DNA from: an uncultured Anaeromyxobacteraceae bacterium
GTDB taxonomy: Bacteria; Myxococcota_A; UBA9042; DTJE01
Assembly: GCA_964573455.1 (NCBI GenBank)
Contig: CAZNJW010000003.1
Coordinates: 571 to 64,570, forward strand
DNA length: 64,000 nucleotides
Reading direction: 5' to 3'
Shown: positions 25,994 to 35,430 of the stretch, piece by piece
How positions within the stretch are numbered: the stretch's first letter is position 1
How the letters are laid out: the number at the start of each line of letters is the position of its first letter
Made by a program: the position numbers and the translations under genes
The notes under the pieces: model-generated
Database searches by the model: none
What the model was told of the DNA's origin: nothing
Seen by the model: only the letters and a program-made list of their open reading frames with translations

Positions 25994-27781
25994 CTATTCG
26001 GTCTGAGCCGGCTGTTCGGGAGCGGGGGGCTGTGCGGCGGCAGGAATTTCAGCGGGTTTGGCGGCTTCTTCGCGGGCGCGTTCTTCTTCGGAGATCTTTT
26101 TCGTCAGCGCCTCGAGTTCAACCAGTTCGCCGGACGCCGCGGCACGGGATCTGAGGTTTTCGTACCACTCACCCCACATGGAAAGGCGCTTGAAAATACC
26201 GAGTTCGGCCGCCACGGCCTCGATTTCCTGTTCCGTCGGCTCCACGCCGGAAACCGAACCTTTGAGCCTTATCACGAACACGCTGCCGCTGCCCTCGGGT
26301 TTGACCGCCCTGGCCAGAACGCGCGACTCGGTGGTCAAACCGGCCAGTTCATCGATTAAGCCTTCCTGGTTGCCGATTCCCGGCACCACGGCCGGGTTGA
26401 AGTCCATCATGGCCTCAAGCGTGGCAGGAACGGCCGTAATATCGCCGGTTTCGCCGATCCGAATCGGTGAATGCGGCGCGTACTGCGCGTTGAGACCGGC
26501 CGCGATTTCGGACAGAGCCGCGTCCGGAGCGGCCTGCATCGCGGCGATCGCCCGCGAGGTCAGGTCATCGAGACCGGCGGCGACCTTCTGCTCGCCGATC
26601 AGGCGGCGCGCAATCAGTTCAAAGGAACGGTCGAAGTCGGGATCGACCTTCGGACGGCGAATATCGAGCATCACCAGGAACCAGCCCCTGGCGCTGCGAA
26701 TCACCGGAGAAAGCTGCATCTCGACCAGACCTTCCATCGCACCGGCAACCTCGGCGCCATAAAGCGTGTCGATCGCCTCGGGGGTAAGCGCGGTCATCGC
26801 CCTGCCACCCAGCGACCTGGTCGTCTCGTCCTCGGAGCTGGCCCTGGCCATGGCCTCGATGGCGTCGCGCAGTCCGACGCCGGAGTATCCCTTCAGCGCG
26901 TCCGCGGCGGCGTTGGCCCTGGCCTCGTCGGAGAACTGGACGATGTGGAAATCGTAACCGGCGTCCACCGCGAATTCGTTCCTATGCTCCTCGAAGTACT
27001 TCAGGGCTTCTTCCCTGTTAGCCTTCATCCACGCGGATACCTCGCGCTGGGAGCCGACGAGCGCGGCCGAGAGCAGCGCAGGCGACAGTTCGAGGAACTC
27101 GTAGGAACGGACGTTCTTGCGCTGCGCGGCCACGAAACGCGCCTCGCGCGGAGGAACGACCTGGGCGGCGGTGACGAGTCCGATCATCTTTTCACGCTCG
27201 ATCTCGCGCGCAACGAAGTCCTCGAACTCCGGGAACTTGACGTTAAGTTCGTAACGGACCCAGTTCTGGTAGCCCTGGGCCTTGAATTCGCCGGTCGCCG
27301 GATCGGAGAAACGCTTCACGATCCGTTCACGCACCTCTTCCGGGGTGGCGATCAGGCCGTTCTTCCTGGCCTCGTTCGAAACGAGCCAGGTCTCAATCAT
27401 GTCATCGGCGACCTTACGGTACTTGGTCATCGAGACCTTGCGCGGGTCGGTGCCGAACGCGATGAACCGGCTGTCCCCGGGGAACATCTGGAAACGCGTG
27501 CGCATGTACTGCATGGCCTGCTGGATCATCTCACGCGACGGTTCCTGTCCCGGGTAGGGGGGATCCATCGTGAGACGCAGGCCCATCTCGAGATCCTTCG
27601 AGTCGATTACGGTGTCCCCGACCTTCACCAGTTCAACGGTCTCGGGCGCTGCCATGCTGCCGTTTCCACCGCCCGTGCGCGTACCCATCATGTTGAATGA
27701 CAGGATGAACACGAAGATGATGACGCCGAACAGGACATAGATGATTACTGATTTCGAGTGTTTTCTAAGCTCTGCAAGCAT
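25994..27781 (-). CDS. ppiD: PpiD-like membrane-anchored periplasmic chaperone/peptidyl-prolyl isomerase
   Basis: MLAELRKHSKSVIIYVLFGVIIFVFILSF (N-terminal anchor), then a long SurA-N-like region and a degenerate parvulin segment. ATG 27781 (AGGAG 7 nt upstream) is preferred to the track's TTG 27808. Confidence 0.75.
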   Translation of the reverse strand: MLAELRKHSKSVIIYVLFGVIIFVFILSFNMMGTRTGGGNGSMAAPETVELVKVGDTVIDSKDLEMGLRLTMDPPYPGQEPSREMIQQAMQYMRTRFQMFPGDSRFIAFGTDPRKVSMTKYRKVADDMIETWLVSNEARKNGLIATPEEVRERIVKRFSDPATGEFKAQGYQNWVRYELNVKFPEFEDFVAREIEREKMIGLVTAAQVVPPREARFVAAQRKNVRSYEFLELSPALLSAALVGSQREVSAWMKANREEALKYFEEHRNEFAVDAGYDFHIVQFSDEARANAAADALKGYSGVGLRDAIEAMARASSEDETTRSLGGRAMTALTPEAIDTLYGAEVAGAMEGLVEMQLSPVIRSARGWFLVMLDIRRPKVDPDFDRSFELIARRLIGEQKVAAGLDDLTSRAIAAMQAAPDAALSEIAAGLNAQYAPHSPIRIGETGDITAVPATLEAMMDFNPAVVPGIGNQEGLIDELAGLTTESRVLARAVKPEGSGSVFVIRLKGSVSGVEPTEQEIEAVAAELGIFKRLSMWGEWYENLRSRAAASGELVELEALTKKISEEERAREEAAKPAEIPAAAQPPAPEQPAQTE

Positions 27782-27866
27782 TAATGGGCTCCTGGGATCA
27801 AAAGACAAAAGCGGCAGGAGTTTACTTCAAACAGAAAGGCTGTGCAACACGCCCAAATGCCCGGCA

Positions 27867-29093
27867 TCAAACATCTTCCAGCAGATGTCCCATCCGGGAT
27901 TTCTTCGTCTCCAGGTAGACCCTGTCCCGCTCGCCCCTTGGGGGCAGCTCGATCCTGACACGTTCAACCACATCAAGGCCGAAACCGGACAGGCCCACTA
28001 TCTTTCTGGGGTTGTTGGTCAGCAGTCTGAGTTTCCTGAGACCGAGGTGTGCCAGGATCTGGGCTCCGGTGCCATATTCCCTGAGATCCGGGGCGAAACC
28101 GAGGCTGGTGTTCGCGTCCACTGTGTCAAGACCGCTGTCCTGAAGGGCATAAGCCTTGATTTTATTGGCGATTCCTATGCCGCGCCCCTCCTGCCTGAGG
28201 TAGAGCACGACACCGCCCTCGGCGGCCACGCGTGCCAGGGATGCGTCAAGCTGCAGGCCGCAGTCGCACCTTCTGGAGTGGAACACGTCTCCGGTAAGGC
28301 ATTCTGAATGGACGCGCACCAGGGTCGGACCTGGTCCGATCTCGCCCCTGACCATGGCCACATGGGCGATGCCGCGAACCGTGTCCTCGTAAACCACGGC
28401 CCTGAAGCGGCCCCACTCGGTTTCGACGAACGCAGAACCGACCGCCCTGACCAGAAGCTCCTTCTGCATCCTCCAGGCGATCACGTCGGCCACGGTCACG
28501 ACGGGGATATTGTTGTCACGACCGATCCTGACCAGTTCATCATGGCCGGCAGCGGAACCGTCGTCCGACAACACCTGGCATATCACCGCCGCGGGCGTGC
28601 GTCCGGCCATCCGGCACAAATCCACCGACGCCTCGGTCTGACCTGCCCTTGCAAGCACGCCACCCGGAACCGCCCTGAGCGGAAAGACGTGACCGGGAAC
28701 CACGAAATCGCCCATGGTGGCCTTCTCGTCGCACAGGTCTTCTATCGTACGCGCCCTGTCGAACGCGGAGATGCCGGTGGTCGTCCCGACCCTGGAGTCG
28801 ATGGACACGGTGAACGCCGAACCGAAATGCGCCGTGTTCCGGCTGGCCATCATCGGCAGTCCGATGCGGTCAACCATCTCGTGCGACATCGCCACGCATA
28901 CCAGGCCGCTGGCTATCTTGGTCATACGGTTGACGGACTCGGGAGTAACTGTGTCGGCGGCGAAGATCAGATCGCCTTCGTCCCCGCGATCGCGGTCGTC
29001 GACGACGATCGCCATCCCACCGATACGAATGGAATCCAGGGCCTCGGCCACGGTCACCGCTTCCTGTCTGTTGCCATCAGTGCTGGCGGACAT
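27867..29093 (-). CDS. ribBA: Bifunctional 3,4-dihydroxy-2-butanone-4-phosphate synthase / GTP cyclohydrolase II
   Basis: The last 408 aa of the 729-aa track ORF. Motifs [49 protein letters not shown]. Start at ATG 29093. Confidence 0.92.
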   Translation of the reverse strand: MSASTDGNRQEAVTVAEALDSIRIGGMAIVVDDRDRGDEGDLIFAADTVTPESVNRMTKIASGLVCVAMSHEMVDRIGLPMMASRNTAHFGSAFTVSIDSRVGTTTGISAFDRARTIEDLCDEKATMGDFVVPGHVFPLRAVPGGVLARAGQTEASVDLCRMAGRTPAAVICQVLSDDGSAAGHDELVRIGRDNNIPVVTVADVIAWRMQKELLVRAVGSAFVETEWGRFRAVVYEDTVRGIAHVAMVRGEIGPGPTLVRVHSECLTGDVFHSRRCDCGLQLDASLARVAAEGGVVLYLRQEGRGIGIANKIKAYALQDSGLDTVDANTSLGFAPDLREYGTGAQILAHLGLRKLRLLTNNPRKIVGLSGFGLDVVERVRIELPPRGERDRVYLETKKSRMGHLLEDV

Positions 29094-29185
29094 AAAGACA
29101 CCCTCGACGACAGTTTCGTTGGTCGCGCCGATGCCCGGCGGACCGGCCGAATGATGACAGCCAATCATAGCCAAGTCAACGCGAC

Positions 29186-29214
29186 GGGGGACGGGAACAG
29201 GGACGGGGACAGGG
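29186..29214 (+). other. G-quadruplex-type motif G5-N2-G3-N4-G3-N2-G4-N3-G3 in the ribBA/tolQ divergent intergenic region. It is C-rich on the ribBA leader strand.
   Basis: GGGGGACGGGAACAGGGACGGGGACAGGG read directly. It explains the PVPVPVPVP run in the spurious extension of ORF 27867..30056. Confidence 0.5.
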
Positions 29215-29284
29215 AGACGTCGGGAATGCCGAAGCTCAGACGAAGCGCATGCTCTGCACGCGTTTCGGGTGCCCCGACCATAAA

Positions 29285-29293
29285 TGCTATAAT
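29285..29293 (+). promoter_or_regulatory. Extended -10 element TGcTATAAT, candidate tolQ promoter
   Basis: Perfect TATAAT at 29288..29293 with a TG at -15/-14, 35 nt upstream of the tolQ ATG. The -35 element is weak. Confidence 0.45.
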
Positions 29294-29327
29294 CGCGACC
29301 CGGGCCTGGCCCGATGTGGAGGTTCAG

Positions 29328-30035
29328 ATGGACGGCGGGGTTACGGAATCTTTCGGCATCAACGTATTCGAACAGGTGATCGCATCCAGGGGGATGGTTC
29401 TTTTCGTCCTGCTGCTGCTGATTTCCATGTCGCTGGTCTGCTGGTTCATCATCGGCGTGAAGGCATGGGCCTTCAGGAAGATGCGGAAGCAGACCGAGGA
29501 ATTCATCAAGGCGTTCTGGCACGCGCAGAACCTGGACGAGGTTCGCGAGTCCGCACGACGCCTGTCTGATTCGCCTGTGTCGCGCATGTTCTCGGCGGCA
29601 TGGACCGAGATGAAACGCAACAAGGACGGCCAGGGTTCGAGCGGCCCGATCGGCGGGGAGTCCGACTTCGGATTCCAGAACGTCGAAAGAACCCTGAGAC
29701 GCGCAGTGCAGGAAGAGACCACCAGGCTTGAAAAGCTGACGCCCTTTCTTGCAACGACGGGCTCGGCCGCTCCGTTCATCGGACTGTTCGGCACGGTCTG
29801 GGGCATCATGAACGCCTTCGCATACATATCCCCGGATCGTCCGGTCCTTGAAACGGTGACCCCGCATATCGCCCAGGCCCTGGTCGCGACCGCAATCGGC
29901 CTGCTGGCCGCCATCCCGGCGGTCATGGCGTTCAACTACTTCAACTCGAAGATTCGGGTACTGGTCGTGGAGATGGAAAACTTCTCGATCGATTTCCTGA
30001 ACATCCTGAAACGCCACTTCTTCAGGGAGCGCTGA
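29328..30035 (+). CDS. tolQ: TolQ (MotA/TolQ/ExbB proton-channel family)
   Basis: The C-terminal 235 aa of track ORF 28308..30035. Three TM segments, with [26 protein letters not shown] and [30 protein letters not shown]. Confidence 0.88.
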   Translation: MDGGVTESFGINVFEQVIASRGMVLFVLLLLISMSLVCWFIIGVKAWAFRKMRKQTEEFIKAFWHAQNLDEVRESARRLSDSPVSRMFSAAWTEMKRNKDGQGSSGPIGGESDFGFQNVERTLRRAVQEETTRLEKLTPFLATTGSAAPFIGLFGTVWGIMNAFAYISPDRPVLETVTPHIAQALVATAIGLLAAIPAVMAFNYFNSKIRVLVVEMENFSIDFLNILKRHFFRER

Positions 30036-30073
30036 CGGCAAGGAGCCGAGCGGCACCGGTACTGGAGGTTTCG

Positions 30074-30655
30074 ATGGGAATGGGCAGTAACGGCGGCAAC
30101 CGCGGGATGATGGCCGACATCAACGTGACGCCGCTGGTCGACGTGATGCTGGTTCTGCTGATCATCTTCATGATCTCGTCGTCAATCGAGACCATGCAGG
30201 TCCAGCAGGAGAAGCAACGCATCGAAAAGACCACGAACGACCAGGATCTGGACAGGAACGTTCCGGTCAATCTGCCGAAAACGAACGCGGAACCGGTGAA
30301 CCTGGCCGAAGAACAGAAACTGGTGCTGTCAATCACACCCGACGTCAGATTCTACCTGGGCGAGACGATGATCCTCGACTGTCTGGCCATTGCTCCCGGC
30401 ATCAAGGATACGGTTACCGGAAAATCCAGGCGGACCTGGGGTGCCGAGGATGACACGGCATTCATCCCCTGCCTGGACTCGCTTGTGAAGAAACTGGAGC
30501 CGAACGCGAAGTTACAGGCCGACAAGGAACTCTATCTTCGGGCGGATCGAAGCCTCCCGTATGGCCTGACCCTGAAGGTCATGGCCAGGATCAGGGCCGC
30601 CGGGATCGGCAAATTCGGTCTGGTGTCGGACTCCGAACCCGTTGTGGAGCAGTGA
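30074..30655 (+). CDS. tolR: TolR (ExbD/TolR family) with an extended periplasmic domain
   Basis: [21 protein letters not shown] motif. GGAGG RBS. Confidence 0.85.
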   Translation: MGMGSNGGNRGMMADINVTPLVDVMLVLLIIFMISSSIETMQVQQEKQRIEKTTNDQDLDRNVPVNLPKTNAEPVNLAEEQKLVLSITPDVRFYLGETMILDCLAIAPGIKDTVTGKSRRTWGAEDDTAFIPCLDSLVKKLEPNAKLQADKELYLRADRSLPYGLTLKVMARIRAAGIGKFGLVSDSEPVVEQ

Positions 30656-30664
30656 TGCAGGGCC

Positions 30665-31603
30665 ATGGCGCGGGCGCGCCGGAAGGGTGCTGAAACGATG
30701 GAATGGCTGGACAGGGCTACGGCTGCTCTTGGCCTGCCGGACAGGAACACATTCCTGACCGGTCTGGTCCTGACCGTCGTGATCCACGTGTGCATCTTCA
30801 CCATGCTGGCGACAGCCGGGGGCACACCTGCCGATCCACTCGATCTCCTGATGGCCGGGACCCGTCGCATGTGCGGTGACCAGCGCTGCGCCGAGGCCCC
30901 GTTCATGTCCCTTCGGCGAGGGCCGGATTCCACGGACGGAATGGACACAGGCATCATCGAGGCGTCGGTGATTCCCATGCTCGGGATGGCGAAGAAGCAG
31001 CCGGGACAACTGCCCAGATTCCAGAAATACGAGCAGGCCGAGACCACCGAGGAAGCTGTCAACATATCGAAAAAGAACGAAAAGACCTCCGCTGTGGACA
31101 ACAAGGAAGTAAAACCTAAGAAGGCGGAACTGGATCGACGCCGCAAAAACAAGGATCTGGGCGACATTCTCGGCAACGCCCCGCGGGTTGACGATCCCAG
31201 GGCCAGCGCGACCGCGCTCGATCGCATCATCGGGTCCGAGCTTGGTTCGGTGCATGGCAGCGGCACGGAGTTCCGCGAGGGGAGCGAGTATGGCGCGCGG
31301 GTCGGCGAGGCGATTCGGAGCAAATTCACGGTGCCGCCGTACCTGACCGATGCCCAACTGAAAAAGCTCAATGTAATCATAAAGATTACTAAGATAAGCG
31401 CCGCCGGTCAGATCATTGAATTCAAGGTTGAACGGCTGTCGCAAGACAACAATTTCAACAACGCCGCCCTTTACGCGATCAAGAGGTTCTCCTCGAAGGA
31501 CGGCGGCAACGCATACCTCCCATCACCAGATTCGAAGACGCTCGACCTGGTCAACCGGCGCGGCATCACGGTCGAACTGAACGGCGCCCTCTTCAGGAGA
31601 TGA
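30665..31603 (+). CDS. tolA: TolA-like energy-transducing protein (N-terminal anchor, Lys/Glu-rich linker, TolA/TonB-C-like domain)
   Basis: TM segment FLTGLVLTVVIHVCIFTMLA, charged linker KKNEKTSAVDNKEVKPKKAELDRRRKNK, C-terminal YGARVGEAIRSKFTVPPY.... Positioned between tolR and tolB. Confidence 0.65.
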   Translation: MARARRKGAETMEWLDRATAALGLPDRNTFLTGLVLTVVIHVCIFTMLATAGGTPADPLDLLMAGTRRMCGDQRCAEAPFMSLRRGPDSTDGMDTGIIEASVIPMLGMAKKQPGQLPRFQKYEQAETTEEAVNISKKNEKTSAVDNKEVKPKKAELDRRRKNKDLGDILGNAPRVDDPRASATALDRIIGSELGSVHGSGTEFREGSEYGARVGEAIRSKFTVPPYLTDAQLKKLNVIIKITKISAAGQIIEFKVERLSQDNNFNNAALYAIKRFSSKDGGNAYLPSPDSKTLDLVNRRGITVELNGALFRR

Positions 31604-31604
31604 C

Positions 31605-33002
31605 GTGACGGACACGACAGCGAATCGACGCGTCGGGACGGTCATCGTCGCGGCACTGATCGCGGGCTCAATCGCGGGCGGAGCCGCGCCAGCCCTGGCG
31701 CGTCCGGAAGTTCGCGCGTCTGAGGGGCCGATGCCCGCGGATACGAGATGCGGCGAGTTCGGGTGGGATCCGAAAATCCAGGCTACCGTACCGGTCGCGT
31801 GGCCGCTCATCATGGATCTGTCGGCCAGAGGCGCCCTTGCCGTGGAGTCGGCCAATCTGGCTGACGCCATCGCGATGCAGTTGAGGATGACGGGTTCGTT
31901 CTCGGTGCTGCCGCGCGACGCTGCGCCTTCGGGCGGGGCGATAACGTGGATTTCACCGCTGGCCTTCGACTACCTCGGATGGCGTGAGGCCGGCGCATGG
32001 ATGGTCATCACCGGCGAGCTCGACCTGGAAGACGACGGCCTGGCCAGATTGACCATGTCGGCCTATTTGACCGAGGAAGGAGACGTGCTGCAGATGACCG
32101 GCACGTCCGCATCCATGCCGGTCGCGGATCTGGTCACGTTCGGGCGCCGGTTCGTCGACTCGATCACCGCGTGCGTGACCGGCTGTCCCGGGATGCTCTT
32201 CACCAGGATCGTGTACGCCAGGAAGGCGCCCGGCACGACCAAGGAAATCTGGATGACCGACGTCGGATCGGGCCTCCAGGTTCAGATCAGTTCCGACGGA
32301 TCTCTTGCCGTGCTCCCCGCGTGGGGACCGGGAGGCGCCGTGGCCTGGACTGGATACTCGGCCGGAAACCCGGATCTCTATCTCGATAAGAAACTCTTCG
32401 GTTCGAGACCAGGGCTGACCACCGGCGTCTCTTTCGCCCCCGATGGAACAGTTGCCGCCCTGGCATGGGGTCACGAGGCATCCACGGACATATACCTGGT
32501 CGATCCCATTTCCGGCAGGACTGGCAAACGCCTGACTTCCGGCAGTGGCGACAACATGAGCCCGTCGTGGTCACCGGACTCGAAGAAGATCGCCTTCGTC
32601 TCGGACAGAAAGGGATTCCCGACCATCTTCACGATGGACAGGGACGGAGCCAGCCAGCGGGCACTCCCGATTGCGGGAAACTACAACACCGGCCCGGACT
32701 GGTCGCCCGACGGGACGCGTATCGCCTGGCAGGGCCGGGGTGAAGGCGGCCGGTTTTCGATCTGGGTGCTTGATCTGGCGACAGGCCAGGCCAGAAGAGT
32801 CAGCCGCGGAGGGTTCAACGACGAGGAGCCGTCCTGGTCGGCCGATGGGAGATTCATCGTCTATACGTCCACGCGGAACGGCAGGAAGCGACTCTATGTA
32901 ATGAAGGCTGACGGCAGTGACGCGACACCCGTTTTCAACGACGATGCGGAGTACTTCACACCTGCATGGGAACGACGGATTCCGTCAATAAAGAGCAGGT
33001 GA
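31605..33002 (+). CDS. tolB: TolB periplasmic beta-propeller protein
   Basis: Repeated PSWSPDSKKIAF, PDWSPDGTRIAW, PSWSADGRFIVY propeller blades. GTG start after AGGAGA. Confidence 0.88.
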   Translation: MTDTTANRRVGTVIVAALIAGSIAGGAAPALARPEVRASEGPMPADTRCGEFGWDPKIQATVPVAWPLIMDLSARGALAVESANLADAIAMQLRMTGSFSVLPRDAAPSGGAITWISPLAFDYLGWREAGAWMVITGELDLEDDGLARLTMSAYLTEEGDVLQMTGTSASMPVADLVTFGRRFVDSITACVTGCPGMLFTRIVYARKAPGTTKEIWMTDVGSGLQVQISSDGSLAVLPAWGPGGAVAWTGYSAGNPDLYLDKKLFGSRPGLTTGVSFAPDGTVAALAWGHEASTDIYLVDPISGRTGKRLTSGSGDNMSPSWSPDSKKIAFVSDRKGFPTIFTMDRDGASQRALPIAGNYNTGPDWSPDGTRIAWQGRGEGGRFSIWVLDLATGQARRVSRGGFNDEEPSWSADGRFIVYTSTRNGRKRLYVMKADGSDATPVFNDDAEYFTPAWERRIPSIKSR

Positions 33003-33046
33003 CGGTTACGGCCACGGCGGGCCGGGCCGATACGGGAGGAATTCAG

Positions 33047-34360
33047 ATGGGGGATACTTTCGGAAGACACCGAACCACGCGGACGCCGGCACTGCTCGGG
33101 GCACTCGGCGCGGTCGAGGCGCCTCAATCCGTTGACCATGACGGCGCGTTTCCGATAGTCATCTCGGCGGCCAGGGGCACGCGTGTCAAGGATGCGGATC
33201 AGAACCGCTACCTGGATATGACCTCGTTCTTCGGCGCTTGCCTGGCCGGGCACCGACACCCGGCGGTTATCGGCGCTGCAAGAAAGGCTGTAGGAACGCT
33301 CGTCCACACCATGGGAGACGTGTTTCCGGATCAGTCGAGGGGCGCGCTGCTGAAGAAGCTGCAGTCGTTGATGCCCACCCCTGATTACAAAGGTCACCTG
33401 TCGTTGAACGGGGCGGACGCGGTGGAGACTGCCCTGAAATTCGCCGCAGCTTATACCGGAAGGGGGGGCGTGATCTCATTCGAAGGCGCCTACCATGGTC
33501 TGTCCGCCGGGGCGCTGGAGGTGACCTGGCGCCAGGATCTGAAGACCGCCTTCGCTCCATGCCTGTCAGGCAGGGCCGTTTTCGCCCCATGGCCGGCGAC
33601 GGACGGATCCGACATGGACGCCGTGCTGTCCAGGGTGGAACAACTTGCGGGCACCACGATCATGAACTCGTTCGGGGCCGACATTGGAAGGCCGGGGGCG
33701 CTGATCGTGGAGCCGATACAGGGAAGGGGCGGTATCAGGGTTCCCCCTCCTGGTTTCCTGAGCGCCCTTCGCGATATCTGTTCCAGACACGACATCGTGT
33801 TCATCGCGGATGAGATCTACTGCGGCTGCTTCAGAACCGGAACATTTCTGGCGTCCGAGTCCGACGGGGTCGCGCCGGACATCGTCTGCCTTGGAAAGGC
33901 GCTTGGAGGCGGCTTCCCGATATCGGTGGCGATGATGCGCGACGAAGTGGCGGCGGCTGTTGCCTCGTCAAACGGGGAAGCTGTCCATACATCGACCTTC
34001 ATGGGATGGCCGGTCTCCTGCCAGGCGGCGATCGCCAGCATCGTCGCTCTGGAGAGGATGGCGCCGGCGGCGCGGGCCGGAACGATCGAGGCCCGGATCA
34101 GGCAGAAAGGAGATCTCTGGATCGAAAGGTTCGATTTCGTCCAGGGCATCCGAGGACGAGGCGCGATGCTCGGGATTTCGGTCACGCCCGGGACCGCGAT
34201 GAAGATCGCCGCTCAAGCGCTTCGAAACGGCGTCATCGTACTCCCCGAGGGATGCGGTGACGACGTGGTGGCGCTGACGCCGCCGTTGCCGATCTGCTGC
34301 GGCGACCTGGACAACGCTCTGAAAATACTGGAAGAGACATTTGAAACGGTACAGTTATGA
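33047..34360 (+). CDS. Class-III (omega-type) PLP-dependent aminotransferase
   Basis: AEGAYHG-like FEGAYHGLS, DEIYCGCFRTGTFLASE, PDIVCLGKALGGGFP (PLP-Lys). ATG 33047 after GGGAGGA. The track ORF starts earlier, at 32966. Confidence 0.85.
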   Translation: MGDTFGRHRTTRTPALLGALGAVEAPQSVDHDGAFPIVISAARGTRVKDADQNRYLDMTSFFGACLAGHRHPAVIGAARKAVGTLVHTMGDVFPDQSRGALLKKLQSLMPTPDYKGHLSLNGADAVETALKFAAAYTGRGGVISFEGAYHGLSAGALEVTWRQDLKTAFAPCLSGRAVFAPWPATDGSDMDAVLSRVEQLAGTTIMNSFGADIGRPGALIVEPIQGRGGIRVPPPGFLSALRDICSRHDIVFIADEIYCGCFRTGTFLASESDGVAPDIVCLGKALGGGFPISVAMMRDEVAAAVASSNGEAVHTSTFMGWPVSCQAAIASIVALERMAPAARAGTIEARIRQKGDLWIERFDFVQGIRGRGAMLGISVTPGTAMKIAAQALRNGVIVLPEGCGDDVVALTPPLPICCGDLDNALKILEETFETVQL

Positions 34361-35430
34361 ATGAACGGGACTCGGGCAGCATGATCAGGACGTTGATTGT
34401 CCAGGCCGCGTCGAATCCGGCCGGCCTTGACGACAGAATTTTCGCCGACACGGCCATTAAGATCGCCGGGACTCAGGGCCGTCTGAACGGTCTAAGGCCA
34501 TTGACCGGGGAAAGGCTGGGGCTGGACGCGATCGACCCGCTCCCGGAGACGGCTTTCAAAATGATGACCGTCGCGACCTTTCCGCCGTCCGAGGCGGTAG
34601 CGGAATTCCTCACATCGGGCACCACGTCGGGAAACCGCGGTCGGCTGCTTGTACGCGACATGGATCTGTACCGACTGTCGGCCGTTGAAGGTTTCCGGCT
34701 TTTCGGGATGTACGGTGACGCGCCTCGCCGGTTCCTGAGCCTGATTCCGGGCGCATCAGCCAGACCGTCGTCCTCGCTGTCGTGGATGGCCGACTTTGTG
34801 GCCGGCGCGTTCGACGACACCGGAGGCAAATTCGTGGCCAGTGACGGCTCGCTTGACGGCGGTTCGGTCCTGGAGACGCTCGCCCGGTCGCGCAGTAGCG
34901 GTGAACCGCTGTTCCTGCTCGGAACGTCGCTCGATTTCCTGGCTCTCTTCGATTTCCTCGCGTCCCAGAAAAACGCCCCGGTTCCAGCACCGGGAAGCAG
35001 GATGATGCACACCGGCGGCGCCAAGGCTTCGGGGCGCGAGATCACGCGCGAGGATCTGCGCGAGAGGGCCGGGACGCTTCTGGGAATCCGGGAAGAAGAC
35101 GTCATAGAGGAATTCGGGATGACCGAACTGTTCTCGCAGGCCTACGACTCACCTGTGGTGACACCGGGACCGCGACGACTGGTTCCCGTTCCATGGATGC
35201 GCACGAGGGTTCTGGACCCGCGCACCTTGACGGACGTTCCCGATGGTGCCCGTGGACAGCTCGTTCATTACGACCTGGCGAACGTCGACACATGCATCGC
35301 GCTGATCGCGGCCGACACGGCCACCAGGATCCACAACGGATTCGCCGGCATCTCAAGGTCGGCCGGCGCTGCGACGCGCGGATGCTCGCACGAGGCTGCG
35401 TCGTCGGTGAGGGAATGGAGAACTCGATGA
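34357..35430 (+). CDS. LuxE-family acyl-protein synthetase / acyl-adenylate-forming enzyme
   Basis: Size and motifs of the LuxE family: FLTSGTTSGNRGRLLV (adenylation P-loop analogue), MMHTGGAKASG, EEFGMTELFSQAY. ATGA overlap with the aminotransferase stop. Confidence 0.72.
   Translation: MNERDSGSMIRTLIVQAASNPAGLDDRIFADTAIKIAGTQGRLNGLRPLTGERLGLDAIDPLPETAFKMMTVATFPPSEAVAEFLTSGTTSGNRGRLLVRDMDLYRLSAVEGFRLFGMYGDAPRRFLSLIPGASARPSSSLSWMADFVAGAFDDTGGKFVASDGSLDGGSVLETLARSRSSGEPLFLLGTSLDFLALFDFLASQKNAPVPAPGSRMMHTGGAKASGREITREDLRERAGTLLGIREEDVIEEFGMTELFSQAYDSPVVTPGPRRLVPVPWMRTRVLDPRTLTDVPDGARGQLVHYDLANVDTCIALIAADTATRIHNGFAGISRSAGAATRGCSHEAASSVREWRTR

Noticed and set aside
29094-29327. FMN riboswitch upstream of ribBA
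   Set aside because: I looked for the RFN core (GGGCAGGGTGAAATTCCC...CCGACGGT...AGTCCGGATG) on the minus strand and found only short chance similarities. Needs cmscan RF00050 to be definitive.
29094-30056. N-terminal 320 aa of the 729-aa minus-strand ORF (27867..30056), and the first ~340 aa of the 575-aa + ORF (28308..30035)
   Set aside because: Only the RibBA part (27867..29093) and the TolQ part (29328..30035) carry family motifs and RBS-ATG starts. The extensions run antisense through each other's genes and the intergenic G-rich tract.
35193-35426. N-terminal extension of the LuxC-like ORF overlapping the LuxE-like gene
   Set aside because: It overlaps the luxE-like frame by about 235 nt. 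The ATGA-coupled start at 35427 (or ATG 35415) sits just after a GGAG and begins the conserved region.
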